64,000 nucleotides of DNA from the human T2T-CHM13v2.0 reference genome, Homo sapiens, in assembly GCF_009914755.1 (NCBI RefSeq), contig NC_060940.1; one strand, 5' to 3'. Numbering within the stretch: the stretch's first letter is position 1; every line of letters begins with the position of its first letter. Made by a program: the position numbers and the translations under genes. The notes under the pieces are model-generated. The model had not been told where the DNA came from and did not search any database. It was given only the letters and a program-made list of their open reading frames with translations. Below are positions 1 to 16,150 of the stretch, piece by piece.

Positions 1-880
1 GCTAAGTAAGTTTTCTATCTATTTCATGCTCAGAGAGTTAAGCTAATGGAAGCCTAGAGCTGGATATGCCTGTGCCTCTTTCTGCTAGCTACATGGAGGA
101 TGCCTCACTATAGGAAGACAGGCCAAGGACAACCTATTGAGAGAAGCAGAACTAAGACATGGGAAAGGGAAAGAAAGGAGAAGGAAGAGGGAAGTAGATG
201 GAAAGAGAGGGACATGATATTCTTGAAGTCAATGTAGACATTTGGTTCCAAACTCAGGCTTTCTAATTATGTGAAAAAGTAAATACCTGTTTCCCACTTG
301 GATTAGTTAAAAACAGATTTCTTCTTGCCTTCTTTCAAATTCTTGACATCTGTTCAGTAATAGCATGCCCAGCTCCAAGGATCAGGGCTACTATCAGTGT
401 GCAGTTTTGAGAGACTATAGGTGAAAAAAACGTGAGGGTCCATGAATGGTGCTGGCCTTCACCCCTGCCTCCAGTCCACATACATCCTTAGCATACCAGG
501 AAGGACATTGTTTCAGGAGTCCAGTGCGTACTCACTGATGAATTCTGATGAGGTCAGCCACAGAGGATCTCAGCACCTTTTAGCTCTGAGATCTTTACTA
601 ATTCAAAGGACAGCCAGAAACAACTGAACCTTTTCCAAGCCAGCGGACCCCACAAGTCAGATTCACAGCTCAGAAATGGGCTTCTTTCTCCAGAGGTGGG
701 TAGGCCTTCTTGGCAATTTCCCCTCCACAATCTGAGAATGAATTTTGAGCCATTTTTTAAATGGAATGAAGTAATATTTGTTATTCAAATACCACATATT
801 TCTAAGGCCAATCATTATCATCATGTGAAATGTGACAAGCATGTATTTTAGCACTGGGGGGAGAAATATGTATGTGATTG

Positions 881-927
881 ATCCCTATATCCATATCCAT
901 ATCCATATTCATATTCATATTTATATC
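881..927. repeat. Degenerate (CATATC/CATATT)n hexamer repeat
   Basis: atatccatatccatatccatattcatattcatattt; this explains the HIHIHI stretch in the ORF track. Confidence 0.85.
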
Positions 928-2079
928 ATCTCCCCTTTTTGTTCTAAACTTTGGGGATCATCTCTACAATACTTACATTATTGCAGAAAATTAATCATCC
1001 ACAAGCCTTGTTTAATTTGTCCACAGATACTCTCATTCAACACACCATTAATGTTCACCAACTATGTGCTGACACAGGTGCCACGAAAACAAGGATCCGT
1101 GAGAAACAGTGCTCACACTTATAGTGTGCATAACATGTTCACTACTTCATAGTCACTCTATCAGTTTATATTGTTTTTCTGTCCTCAAAACCCTCTGTTT
1201 CCTGGTGTACATTGTTCCAATCCTATATAAACTTCACTATCTATGACATCATCTCTGATATACCTACTGTGGAACTGGTGTTTTCTTTTTTCTTCTAAAC
1301 TCTTATAGCCTATTAGCTATATCTCTCTTTTGAAATATAATACTTTTGGTCATTTGGTAGTTATTTATGTTCATGTCATCTCTGCAAATCAGAGGTTCTA
1401 CCATATACATATATACATATGTGCATAATGTACATAATGTGTACGTTTGTGTATGCACATCCTGTAGTACCTATTATAGACACTGTGCTTAGTACTGAGT
1501 ATGACACACTGTTGGTGTTTAAAAAAATTAAAAAGGTTTTTAATGACTGTGTAAATAACTGACTCAAATTCCCCTGGAGCGTGGGATCCTTTCCAGTAAG
1601 AATTGTGCATTAGAGACAGTGATTGTCTGAGATTGTTGCATTTCCCAACAAAAATGCTGAGGTCTGTTTATACTGGATAGAATGAATTGCTTCCTTGTGA
1701 CTCAAGCATCTGTTTGAGAGGTTACATTACAAGTTCCTGTAATGACCACCACAAAAGATGGTATTGATCTCTGAAACTGGCAGATACATGTCCTATGGAT
1801 GGAATATTCATTTATGAAAATTGGAAGAATCGATAGCTCAAAGGTCATCAAGAATGATGACACACTGTAATTTCGATATATGGCCTGACACAAGTTAATG
1901 AAAAGGGAAAGGGCTCATTTGTCACATCTGGGTGATAAATCTTCTGTGTGCCTCTTTATTGAACATAAAGCCATGCAAGCTGTCAGCAACTGTGATCTGG
2001 GCATCCTAATCTGAGAAATGGAGTAAGGTTTATTTTATTTATCCAACGGACTATTCAAAGGGAAAGAAGTGAAAGTAGC

Positions 2080-3070
2080 ATTTGTTAAAAGCATAAAGTG
2101 CGTGCTAAACATGACAAAACACACTTTACAGCTATTACTAAATCTAATAGTCACAATAGCCTCATGGGACAAACAATGTCATTTCTGCTTTGCAGACGGG
2201 AAACCGGAAGTCTGAAGGGTGGGTGCGGGGACAGGGCTTAGCACGGTCCTATCCATGTAAGAAGAAAGCTCATAGTCTTGCCTCTCACTAAGTCCAATGG
2301 AGTGAAGACAGCTTAGAAAAGGAAATGTCGCATGCACTGAGCTCCAGAAAGATCACCCTGATCCCCAAATGGATCTCCCACTTTCCTTCTGGCTGACATT
2401 CAGGCAACTCATTTCTCAGCCTCGGTTCCCTCATCTATAATGTGGGAATAATAAGATGTATTCGAGAGGTGTTTAAACACTGCAAGATTCTTGAAGCTTC
2501 TGCACATCACTCTTTCAAATGTCAGAGCGTTTTACTTACACCTTCAGAGAGGGGTATATTTTTACTGTGAAGATTAGGAGAATGCCACATATTAGAGGGT
2601 GGCTCTTTTATTTTTTAATTTGTTATTCATCTGTCTAATTCATTTATGATCCAGTCCATTAACTTTAACACTAGCACTGGGAATATAACCCTTTCTCTAT
2701 CACATGGAAAGAAGAGAATTCACTTTAAATTCTCAGTTCCCTAAAAAAGCCATACTTAAAGCCTCCTGTTCATCTACTCACTATGAAATATATAGACATT
2801 CAACAGAAAATCTCTCCCCAATATTTTCTGACTTGTCCTAGAGGAAGAAGAGCAGAGTAGAGAAATGATTAGCCTCAAACAGATCTACAACCGAATCCCA
2901 GATCCTCCTATAAAAGTGATGTAAACTGAAATTACCAAGTTAATTTACCTTTGTAAGGCTCAGTCTATTCATCTGTAAAATGGAAATATTATCTAGTTTA
3001 CAGTTTCATTCTAAGTATTCAAAGGGATGATGTATGTAAAATTCCTGCTCTGTAGCACACAGCAATCACA
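2080..3070. mobile_element. Cluster of MIR fragments (~2080-2230, ~2400-2480, ~2880-3070)
   Basis: MIR core-like motifs: ttgcagacgggaaaccggaag, ctcagcctcggttccctcatctataatgtggg, ctcagtctattcatctgtaaaatgg. Confidence 0.65.
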
Positions 3071-3307
3071 CAAAAAGTGGTTCTTTGATAATTTTCACTG
3101 GCTCTCAGTGTCAGTATGTCTGAGTGCACATGAGAAAAATATCTGTCTGATGCATCTTTGGTAGACATCCATAAGTTTGGGTTCCTTACAGACACTGACT
3201 GTCTAAATTGATTACACTGAAACAGCAGATCAGAAGAATAATTTATGCAGCTGACTGACACACACCATTTGTGTAGGAGGGAGATTTTCTATGGGTGCTT
3301 TTATGGG

Positions 3308-3690
3308 TGTATTAGTCTGCTTTCACACTGCTATAGAGAACTACCTGAGACTGGGTAATTTATGAAGAAAAGAGATTTAACTAACTCACGCTTTTGCAGG
3401 CTTAACGGGAAAACAACTGGAAAGCCTCAGGTAACTTACAGTCATGGTGGAAGGTGAAGGGGAAGCAAGCATGTCTTACCATGATGACTGGAGGGTGGTG
3501 GATGGCGAGGGGGACCGCCACACACTTTTAAACTGTCCAATCTCCTGAAAACTCTCTCACTATCATGAGAACAGTGGGAGGGGGGTCTGCCCCCATGATT
3601 CAGTTACCTCCCACCAGGCCCCTCCCCTGACATGTGGGGATTACAATTTGAGATGAGATTTGGGTGGGTACACAGAGCCAAACCATATCA
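3308..3690 (-). mobile_element. MaLR solo LTR (MST/THE1 group)
   Basis: Termini tgtattagtc...ccaaaccatatca; 5-bp TSD atggg/ctggg. Confidence 0.9.
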
Positions 3691-3728
3691 CTGGGCATTG
3701 GGAAATTTAAATAAAGAACAGAGGATGA

Positions 3729-4105
<377 letters not shown>

Positions 4106-6377
4106 ATGAAAACTATTCGTTACCTGACAGTTCTCCAGCACTCTTTTCTTTGGTGAAAAGGGGACTTCTTCATTCCATTTAGCTGTCACTAACCAAGGTT
4201 ATTGAAGGACTTGCCTTTTTCATAATAATTTTGAAGATGCAATTGCTGATGATAAAAATCTTTTCATTTGTTGTTTTTATTGTCAGGAGACACAAATGAG
4301 TGTTTTAGAGCCATTAGCTCACAATTCCTCAATGGAAGGTATTGTTTTTATAAGTATTTTGTAGAAAAGAAAATTGAGTCTCGGCTTCCTCAAATTGCTC
4401 ATTGTCACATGGCTGGTTAGCAGCAAAGCTAGGAACAAACTCAACTTTGTCTTAAACCTGTAACATTGGACGTTCTGACAAACTGAATTGAGAATAATCA
4501 ACCTTAAAAATGAATGAAGGGAGAATGATAACATTGATGATATCCTCAGTTTGAGCTTCCATGGCCAAAAGCTTCCTTTGAGATTATTTCACAGAATCCT
4601 GAAGAAGGGGAATGATATTAGGTCTGATTAAAATTTGGGGTGGGGGAGGAAGGAAATGCTGCTCAGAGAAGCCAGGCAACTTGCCAAGGTCACACAGCTT
4701 TTCATAGGCAGAACTGGAGGATTTCATAAGATGCTACATTCATGTTTGCAGAAAGATAGCCTATGCTTAATTCTTATGTCCTCAGGAGAAACATCTGTCT
4801 TACTATAATTAGTCTACATCAAGGTCAGCAGCACCATAAAGAGTGTCATATGTAAAAGAGAAACTAAGTCTGGTAGAGAAGGAACTTTTCAAGTGTTAAA
4901 AGGAATATGAGAAATGAAAGAAAACATCTGTTCCTCTGTCTAAGCTAACTAAGGCCATGCTGACTTGAAGAGCAGGAGACCGTACCTGCACCCTGATGAG
5001 GATACAGAGGAAGACTTCAGTAAGAACCTAATAAATATATGAAACTTAAATTAATAAATGGGCAAACAAATGACTACATTTAAGAAACAGTTTCAGGATG
5101 GCACAGTGTCATGGCAGGTGTTCCATTATAGGTGGCTTCAGAGCACAAGAGGTGGCTTCTCCCCTTGCAAGGGGAGGCCAATAGGAAGCCAGCAGCATCT
5201 GATTCTGGATCCTAGACAGAGGTGCAGAAATGCATGCCTCCCATACCAGGGCCCTTCAGATTTAGGCAAGGGAATCCAAACTCCCTCTCCAATATTGTTT
5301 TGATGGCACAAGCAAATTGTCTGGGGCTGCAAAACGATAAAAATGTAGACAAGAAGAAAGTAGCTGGAAGAAGCATTGGAGGAAGAGGTGAAGAAGGAAT
5401 TAACACATGCTGAGTCCTCACTTTGTGCCAACCCTATACCAAGCATATTGCATCATTATAGGGTAAATTTGTCCAAATATCATGAAGCAGAGTCTATGTT
5501 TTTACAAATGAGGTTACCATAGCACAGAGAGGGTAAGATTTTCCCAGAGCACAGGAAGGGGAATATGGAAGCCCAGGCTCTCTGACAGCAAGAATATGCT
5601 CCTTGGGGCTGCAGATTTCTGCTCAGGGCTGGGATGCCATAGCACTCCATGCCTTGGCCCCAGCAGACTGCATTTATTTTTAATTTCTTTAGGATCTGGG
5701 AAGAGTCTGGAAGCAATAACCAGACACATTCTATTTTGCTGACAAAATGGACTTCGGTGTGGGATATAGCCTGAGGCCCTAGAGTATGCATTTCTAGCTA
5801 GAGAACTGGGAAGGAGGTGGTGTAGTTAGAGGCTAACGCTGTCAGTGCTGAGACTTTAAGGAGGAATGGGTGATCAGGTGTCTTTATCAAGCTCGTAAAG
5901 CCACTAGTGCCTCCCAGGGCCTCTGCTGAAGAGTCACCCTGGGAGCACAGCAAACAACAAAAAAGGCCTTCTCCTCTATTCTACTCTGTTATCTCTGGAT
6001 CCTCCACCACCTTTGACCTCTCTGGCCACACTAGGAAGTCCCACTGCAATAACGAGTGATGAAGGTTATTGTCCATCCCCCCTTCCCGTCTTTGCCCTCT
6101 GTTACCCCTCCTGCATTTTTACTAAAATATTGTATGTCACAGAATTTTTCTTAAGTAATAAATTTATGGCAGCAAAATTGGAATAGCCTTTGAAGCACAT
6201 TTCTTGAGATGAACATTAGGTTGATGTATTATAACATTTAAAGCAGGAATCCTGCACACAAAGAACTCATTGGGACCTGAAATGATTAGATACATAGGGA
6301 AAGGGACACTAATGGGAAAGGCAGGATTCTCTCCGACCTTTGCTTCCCACAGTCAATACTAATCTTGTTCACTTTCA

Positions 6378-6740
<363 letters not shown>

Positions 6741-9005
6741 CTACAAAGGGATGTTAGCTGTTCCCATTTTTGCATTTATCTCAAGGGTGGAATAAATCAC
6801 CGGCTAGTTGTTATGAAAAATATGATTCTATTTGTCCCTGATGTAATTGTGTGGGGGCAGCTTCAGAGGCATGTTTTTAAATTGGCCTCTTAATTTATTT
6901 TAATGCATCAGTTAGACATGGGGAGGGAGTGGGCAAGATTGCCACACTTTTTGGAGCTCGTACACAGTGTATTGGTTGACTTCAAAATGAAGGTGGCCCT
7001 TTTGAGCCAAGTATGATTTCTTAATTCCATGCTATTGCATTTTAAGTCACCTTTGAAATTTTATCATAACCTATAATTGATTGGTTTAGTGAATCACATC
7101 TTAATTGAAAAAATATAATGTCTAAAAGCTATTTTAATTGGCCATTATACAGGCATTTAGCAGCTGAGCTGCTGTAGACACAGTGAAAATAAATAAATAA
7201 ATGAATAAATAAGTTTATGGAAGATTTGCCAGATCTATCTGATGTCAGTGTTCTATTTCTGCACACAGAGTTGTGATCTGGGGCTCAAGGGGTAGTTAGA
7301 GAAAGACTAAAAACAGCACCTCTCATATGACAAATTTCAGTCCAGGAAAAAGTAGCTGATTTTTTACCCTACTTATTATACCCCACTGAATTTCCTTCAT
7401 TCATTTACCCAGCTGCTGTTTCAAAAATAAGGTCTTCGGACAAAGTTTATTTTGGAGTTAGAATCATGAGTTCTTTACGAAAAATTAAAAGAGCATGCTT
7501 CATAAGGAAGTTTCTCTATCATTTTGGGGGTAACAGGATCTGAAAATCTATAAAAATATGCTTCGAAGTCTATTTTTAAAAAATCTGATTTCTCTCAATT
7601 TGGATGACAATTACAGCAGTACATACCTGTCAGAAGCCACTCAACTGCACATTAAAATGTTGAAATGTGTGTATTTATTATATGTAAGTTATGCTTTCAT
7701 TTAAAAGAAGTATTAAGGAGAGTAAAAAAGCCCAGTTTACTTAGATCTGTCTTCCTTGGCTATTTTAATGTCTTATTACCCAAAATGAAAGGAATGGTGA
7801 TTAAGAGAGCCACTGATCACTAGTGAAAAAACAGAAAATTAAAGGCTCTCTGCTACTTTATCTTTAAGAAGATTATTGTCATATAGTACTTTCTGTATTC
7901 ATAGCATTCACTTTAAAAGGAACCAAACAAAAACGTATCAAATGAAAAATCCTTTCAAAGCCGAACATCCTGAAATTGTATAACTTTATGTCTTGCAGGA
8001 ATTCAAAGAAAAGAGAAGGGTCAGGGTAGAGAACCCAGCCTGTTTATAATATATTTAACCAGCCAATTACACTGTTAGCCCACAATGACAAATTTCTCTC
8101 CGAATATTGCTTAGCTGTTCCTTGTTCATGGCACTAATTTTCTCTCATTTGGCACTATTTCATAAAGTTTTGTCAATCATAAGCATTTTTTTTAGAAGAT
8201 TGAAATGACAAGTTAATAGTTCACTCTAAAAGAGACAAACAGAGGAAAAACAGCTGCAGTATTTAAACACTGAAGGAGAGCGTCAGCGTAATGAAGGAGC
8301 AAGCGGGCAATTAAAGAGAAGGAAATGCTCCTAGAGTAAAATTCTAACATTGGGGTTCTCTCATTTTTAAATCTATTGAGGATTGTTCAAACACATTTCT
8401 TTTGATCAATAAAAATACTTGTGGCTATTTGTATTCCCACTGAATGTCCCCAAACTGGCATCTGCAAGTTTAGCAAAGTTGAACACCAAGTAAGTTAAGG
8501 AAAACGCAGAATACTAGTGTATTTACCATCCCTATAAAACTTGGAACTCGGGGACAAAAACGATGTGGCTGCTAGAGTGAATTGCAAAGATAAAACAGAG
8601 TTAAAAGTATCTTAGAAGCATGCTAATGCAGAATTTTTCTACACCTCCCTCTAGACTACTTATTGTTTTTTCCCCCGCAATCTGGTGAGGAATGAAATAA
8701 GATATGAGAGTTGAACACCAATATTTTAAGTCTCTGAATTAGGAAGCTTCATATATCTAAAACAGATGTGAGGGAAAAAGATGTGTCTTCAGCAATACAT
8801 TGCTAGAAACAGCTTGGCCTACCCTTAGCTTTTCTTGTTTATTCTGATCCTTTGAATTACCAGGCCTGTTCCTGATAGCATCAAATAAAAGACCTCCTCT
8901 GACTCTTGCTCTACATTTTGCCCAGCCTTTCTACTAAATTATTTCTCTTGACATAATCCATGCTGTATTTACAAGGGTGTCACATTCTTCCTCTCATTTG
9001 ATGGA

Positions 9006-9040
9006 GTGTGTGTGTGTGTGTGTGTCTGTGTGTCTGTGTG
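9006..9040. repeat. (TG)n microsatellite
   Basis: Direct reading. Confidence 0.95.
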
Positions 9041-9714
9041 GTCTTACTTACAATTTGTTAGTAAGATACAATCTCTTGCTTCATTCTAGACTAAGATTGA
9101 TATTCTCCCCTCAGTTCCACTGACTTTAGCTGCACTGAGTAAAAAGCCCTACCTATGTTTTGTTTCTATCTTTGCACATCTCTTTGAAAGGACTTTTCCA
9201 GTTTGTTAATAAGAGAATGAAGTCGCACAAGAATAGTGAAAACAAAGTTCATTCACACTCACTTTGGAAGCACAGGGAAGACGCATCAAATTGATGAGTA
9301 AGGAGAACAGGCTTAGCAAACAGCAAGGGTGTGGTCCAGTTGAGCAAGACAGATATTGGCTCTGAAATCTGATGTTGGGGACTCCAGGAATTCTCTCATC
9401 ACAAGTTGGAAGCATAGAGAGAATGTGGCCCCCTTACCCCCACAGTGATGGGACATTCAGCTCTGTCATCTGCATTGGCACAGTAGCAGCAAGGCTTCTT
9501 CTCTGCAGTGAGGGAGAAGGGAACTAAGGACTGTGGTTAATTTCTATCATCTATTCATTTTAAGTAGAACCTTCAAAAGTAACACATTATGACATGAGCT
9601 AAAGTTTCCCATGGACTGCAGATGAAAGAATAAAGAACACTTACCTGGCACTTTACAAAGCTGAGAAATCTGAGGACAGATGAGTCTGAATGATGAGGCT
9701 TTCAATACACATTT

Positions 9715-9790
9715 TATATATATATATACATATAAAGGTACACACACACACATATATGGACACACACATATATATATACACACACACACA
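9715..9790. repeat. Compound (TA)n/(CA)n microsatellite
   Basis: Direct reading. Confidence 0.9.
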
Positions 9791-9989
9791 TCCAGTTTTA
9801 ACACAAACACATAAAGGAAACCTTTTCTCTTGAGAATGTCCTCTGTGCTAGCTTCCGTTCTAGGTGCTGGGGATAAAGAGATAGACATGACCATTGACTT
9901 CATGGAGCTTACAGGTTAGTAGGAGAGGCTGTTATTACAGAGCTGCTAATCCCCCTCCACCCCCCAGAAAAAGACATTACAGGCTTAAA

Positions 9990-10340
9990 CTCAAATTTTA
10001 CAAAAAGATAGGTGCTAATCCAATTGGAGATTTTTTGTTTTGTCTAAAAAGTGGAATGAGTTTATTTTTATTTTCAAAATTCAAATAGCATAATTATTTT
10101 TTCTGATTATGGAAGCAATGCATGCTCATTCATAAATATTTGATCATACCACATATATGACTCTCAAATTTTACAAAAAGATAGGTACTAATCCAATCAG
10201 AGATTTTGTTTTTGTTTTGTCTAAAAAGTGGAATGAGTTTATTTTTATTTTCAAAATTCAAATAGCATAATTATTTTTTTCTGATTATGGAAGCAATGCA
10301 CGCTCATTCATAAATATTTGATCATACCACATATATGACT
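9990..10340. repeat. Tandem duplication, two copies of 173 and 178 bp
   Basis: ctcaaattttacaaaaagatagg...catatatgact at 9990-10162 and 10163-10340. Confidence 0.95.
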
Positions 10341-12863
10341 CTCTAACCTGCTTATGTTAATCAACAAGATTCAGAGCACATTTTTCAATGTCAAAATAGG
10401 CTTTATATCATCTCTAAAAAAAAATGGCTGCATGGTACTCCATTACATGAATGAACCATTTTACCTGGTTTTAAGTTCATTGTCTCCTTAAATAATAATT
10501 TTCCTATTTATTTCAAACTAAAGATAGTTCTTTTGATTTTACTGTATGATTTGAAAGCAAATTAGACAATATGTTTGAGAGCATCTGGTAACCTATAAAC
10601 ATGGTGCAAACTACTATTTTTTCTGTTTCTTTTCTGTTTCAAATATAGACCAATATTTCTGCCTCACACAAATCTTGAACAAATTCTGGCTCTACCAATC
10701 AAATAAATTTTTTGTTTTGTTTTTATCTCTCTGAAATATAGTCTCCTCATTTTCAAAATGGGGCTACTTACATTTCATGGTTCTCTCATATATTAGGACA
10801 TCAATTCAGGTAAAATGTTTAGTCCTGTACCTTATAGTAAGCTGAACACATTAGATGTGTTCACTTCTGCCACTGCTCCATCTGTACTCCCAACATCTCT
10901 ATTGTAATTCCCTCCCTCCTACTTGGTCTTTCCTCTTTGCCCAATCAGTTTATCTTCACTAAAGAAAACTTATTAATAAAGTGCTAATAAGAACTTTGTA
11001 TGAATGTACTCAACTAGTCTTCCAACAGCCTTCGGGTAGGTACCATGATCATTATCATCATACAGGTAAGGAAGCTCAGAGAAATTAAGTAAATTCCCTA
11101 AGATCACCCTGCCTGTAGATGGTTCTCTACGATGGTGAAGACACTAGGAGAAGGGAAAGACATAGTTGAGACTAGAGAGGCAAGCAAGAGTGGAAGCACG
11201 TAAAGCACATTTTGCCTTGCAATATGAAACATGAGTTCAAAGAGCTCAGCTCCAGTACCACAGCAGACAATTGGACCCAAGTGCAAATAATCATCCCAAG
11301 TGGGGTGAATATGTAAGTCAGGTGGAGTATGGGATGGCTGAGACACATGGCTGTGTCACCAAGCTTTGAAGTGACCTGGCAATAGTGATAACACTACTTA
11401 TTATTTATTGAACATATATACTAGGCACTGTTAGAGTTGGAGAGAAAGGTAAGATTGAATACCAGGACTGATCAGGATTGCAAAGCTCATCACCCCTCTG
11501 AATTAGCCCTATATGAACTACATGTGTAATTCTGAAACAGAAATGTCAATTTTGGTCTTTTCAATTTGAAATTCCAGCAAGAGAAGAGAAGAAACCAAGC
11601 CCTTGGTCATTATTGCTATACCCATCCTTGTCTTTGAATTCATACACCTTATTTAAAAGTATCTTCCAAATGTATCATTTGTCTCCAAACTCTTCAAGAA
11701 AGACAAATGCCAATATAATGCAGCCATATGTATCTGAGTAGCTTGATACATATAATAAGGGAAAGACATATATTACGACAGATGGCAGCATAAGGTAGAA
11801 AATTCCTTTACCACGTGATATCTTCTGCTTTGCTAATACATTAAAACCCAGTGAGAAATCTCTAAGGAGTGTGGTTTGATGGGTTGAGGTAGAGGAAAGC
11901 CCGACATAAATAGCTATTTGTATATGAGATCACATACCAAAGAGTTATTTTCACTAAGACTGAACTTGCTAACCACCAGCCCATCTGACAGCAGAATGGC
12001 GTAGACCCTTCATAATGCATGTGCATGAGTAGGGGTAGATGTCTCACGGGGGCCCCATGGTAATGCTGTTGATGTAGTTTCCGAGAAGGGTGATAATACT
12101 TTATCCTGGAGACAGCCTGAGTTACAGAAACACTGTTTTCCCACTTCACCCACCCTCATTATCATCAAGAGATGCCTTCATACTTGATTGTGTCTTAAGA
12201 TGCTTGGCTAGCACTGGGATGAAAATTTTATAAACTATTATTTTTTAAAGGATGTACATAGCTGGCAGAAAAGCATCCCATTAATCTGAAATTTCTTCCT
12301 TGTAAAAATATTCTTAAAAAGATCAAAAAGATAATCTCACTCTGGTATAGAATGGTGGACTTCGTAATCCTGTTATTCCACACCCAGTATGCCTGACACC
12401 AAAGATGATCATGATTGCCAAGAAGATCCAGAAAGAGAAGTTATTATAGAAGGTATTTATTCAGTTATTCATTCAGCAATTCGAATATTCAGCAATTTGA
12501 ATATGTCCTCTATGTAACAACTATGCTAAGACATGAATATACAGAGATGATTAGACCTTGTTTATGCTCTCAAAGAGTAGAAAGACAAACTGACAGTTAT
12601 GATGCAATGTGATTACTTCTATAAGGAATGTGGATGCATAAGTGTGTGCACACGCCTGATAAGAATGACAAAGTTTATCTTAAAAAGCAAAGGATAAAAG
12701 GAGGTAAGGTCACACACTACAAACTTTGGGTTAGAATGAACCAACCTGCAGTACATCAGGACAAGGGAATTCGATAGAAGTATTTTAGGGCAGGTAAGAG
12801 GAAGGCATATGTCACAAAACAGCTAGTCATTTTGAGAAAATCATTTGCTCTAAAATGCGATGT

Positions 12864-13030
12864 GACCCAGGTGTAGCAGCTCATGTCTGTAATCTCAGCA
12901 TGTTGGGAGGCCGAGATGGGAGGATGGTTTGAGCCCAGGAACTCAAGGCTGCAGTGAACTATGATTGCACCACTGCACTCCAGCCTGGATGACAGAGAAA
13001 GATCCATTCTTAAAAAATAACAATAATTTA
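12864..13030 (+). mobile_element. Monomeric Alu (FRAM/AluJ-like)
   Basis: Single ~150-bp arm ending gcactccagcctggatgacagagaaagatcc plus A-rich tail. Confidence 0.85.
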
Positions 13031-13546
13031 AAAAACTAAAATAAAATTGACCGAGATGCTTCCTGAAAATAGAATAATCTTCATTAAAAATAGCACCTAC
13101 TTCTCAGAATTGTGGACACAAGAAGATATGTCTAAGACCCCAGCAGAGGAACTGATGTGTATCCAGGACCAGTACCGTTTACTCCTCCTGCCTACCCAGG
13201 ATCCTTAACCTACCGGGGCACTTGACTTCAGACTTGTAAAGATACATCTTTCTCCAAAGACAGCTAAGCTCTTCTTTTATGTAAAAGTCAAATTCTATCA
13301 ACAAGAAATTCTTCCCAATCTTGTATTCTAGGTCAGCCTATATCACCAATTCACCATGCCCACCCAGAGAATTGCTGAGTTCCAGAAAACCACTCTTCCT
13401 GAAAATGTGAGCACCTTCCAATTTCCTATATGTTGGTTCTGTAAGCTCACTTCTTTTGTAATAGCTCACCATTCTATAAAATGTATGACACTCATGGGCC
13501 CTTTAGCTAAAGAAATATCCTCTGTAGTTTTTCTTTTTAAGAGAGT

Positions 13547-14270
<724 letters not shown>

Positions 14271-15024
14271 TTATTATCTCAGTAATATAATATATTAGTA
14301 CTTACCTAGCCTATCTCAATTATTCCCAGGTATTGTTGTAGGATCTACTAGTATCTATTGGTATTAATCTATTTTTAAAATCTTATAATTACCTCTATTT
14401 TATTAATGAGGTAACAGATTCAGAGATAGAGAGGTCAAACCAGAATTAAAATTTATTTTCAACAGACCTCAAAGCCTGTGCTCACACCTTGTGCTGACTC
14501 TTGTGGCTCTAAGTCCCAAATGCTTTTTCAATCACTTGCCTGTTCTCTGGTTGATTCTTCTCATACCGTCCTGGCTACATAAGGTACCCAGGTATCTGCA
14601 CTCATGTAACATATTTAGGAGGATGACCCAGTTTAATAGAAAGAGAGAAAGCAGAGAAATAGAAAAAGAGACAGAGAGACAAAGAGAAACAGAGGCAGGA
14701 GTGGAGGCACAGAAGGATTCAAACATGCCCTCACTCTTTACCATGGCTGAGAATGCTGCCATGTCATCAGAAAAGTTCTTGTCACGCTTAGGAAGTTAAC
14801 GGGTCATTATTAAAAAGTATGCAATGTACCTCCCCACTTAGTATAATTCAGTTACTTAACTTTGCAGGTAACCTTTCTAAATCAATTTAGAAATCTGAGG
14901 AATTAGACATCCAAGGCCATAGGTTCTACTTTGGACTTCATGTAAGAAATGGAATCCAAAAAGTGCACTATATTACAGAAGAATGGGATTCCCTAATGAA
15001 ATTCCATGAAGGAATCATCTGCCA

Positions 15025-15319
15025 TTTTGTTTTGTTTTGTTTTAGAGTCAGGTTTTCACTCTGTCACCTAGGATGGCATACAGTGGAACAATCATAACTT
15101 CCTGTAACCTCCAATTCCTGGGCTCAAACAATACTCCCACCTCAGCCTCCCAAGCAGCTCAGATTAATACATGTGCCACCAGGCCTGGCTAATTTTTATT
15201 TTTATTTTTATTTTTGGTAAAGATGGGATCTTGCTATGTTGCCTAGGCTGGTCTTGAACTCCTGGGCTCATCAGTCTCCCCAACACTGGAATTACAGATG
15301 TGAGTCACTTCACCCAGCC
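15025..15319 (-). mobile_element. AluJ-type
   Basis: Diverged dimer with (TTTTG)n tail. Confidence 0.88.
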
Positions 15320-15834
15320 ATCACCCACAGTTTTTGTAAGATATGGAAGGCTAACAAATCCTTTGAGTATTGATCCCAAAATGTTATGAAGGGAAAGCTG
15401 GAGAGTGTCATGGAGGCAGAAGAAATTCCTAGAATCTTAGATTTTGGAGGGCCCTTAAACATCACCCAGCACATTATTAAAAACAGGAACTCCTCCATTC
15501 TGTTGTTACTAAGACAGTTTTCTATGAAACATCCAGGTATAGGGGAACCTATTGTCTCCCAAGACTGTGCATTTTACTTGCCTGGCAGCAGTAATATTGT
15601 TAAAAAAATTCTTACTTCTATTGAGATTAATTTTGCCTTTCCAGTTCCAACCTTGTCTAGAATGAGTGTGACCCATCTTGTTCATGACACATCCCACAAG
15701 ACAAGGTGGGGCATCCTCTTTCCTCCCCTGACTCTCAGAGTCTTCTCTGGAGTGAGGTGGTAAGTTCTCTACTTTTTTCAGGTAGAAACAATTCATTAGA
15801 GAGTCAAAGTAGGAGAGAAGGGATCAGTAAATAA

Positions 15835-16150
<316 letters not shown>

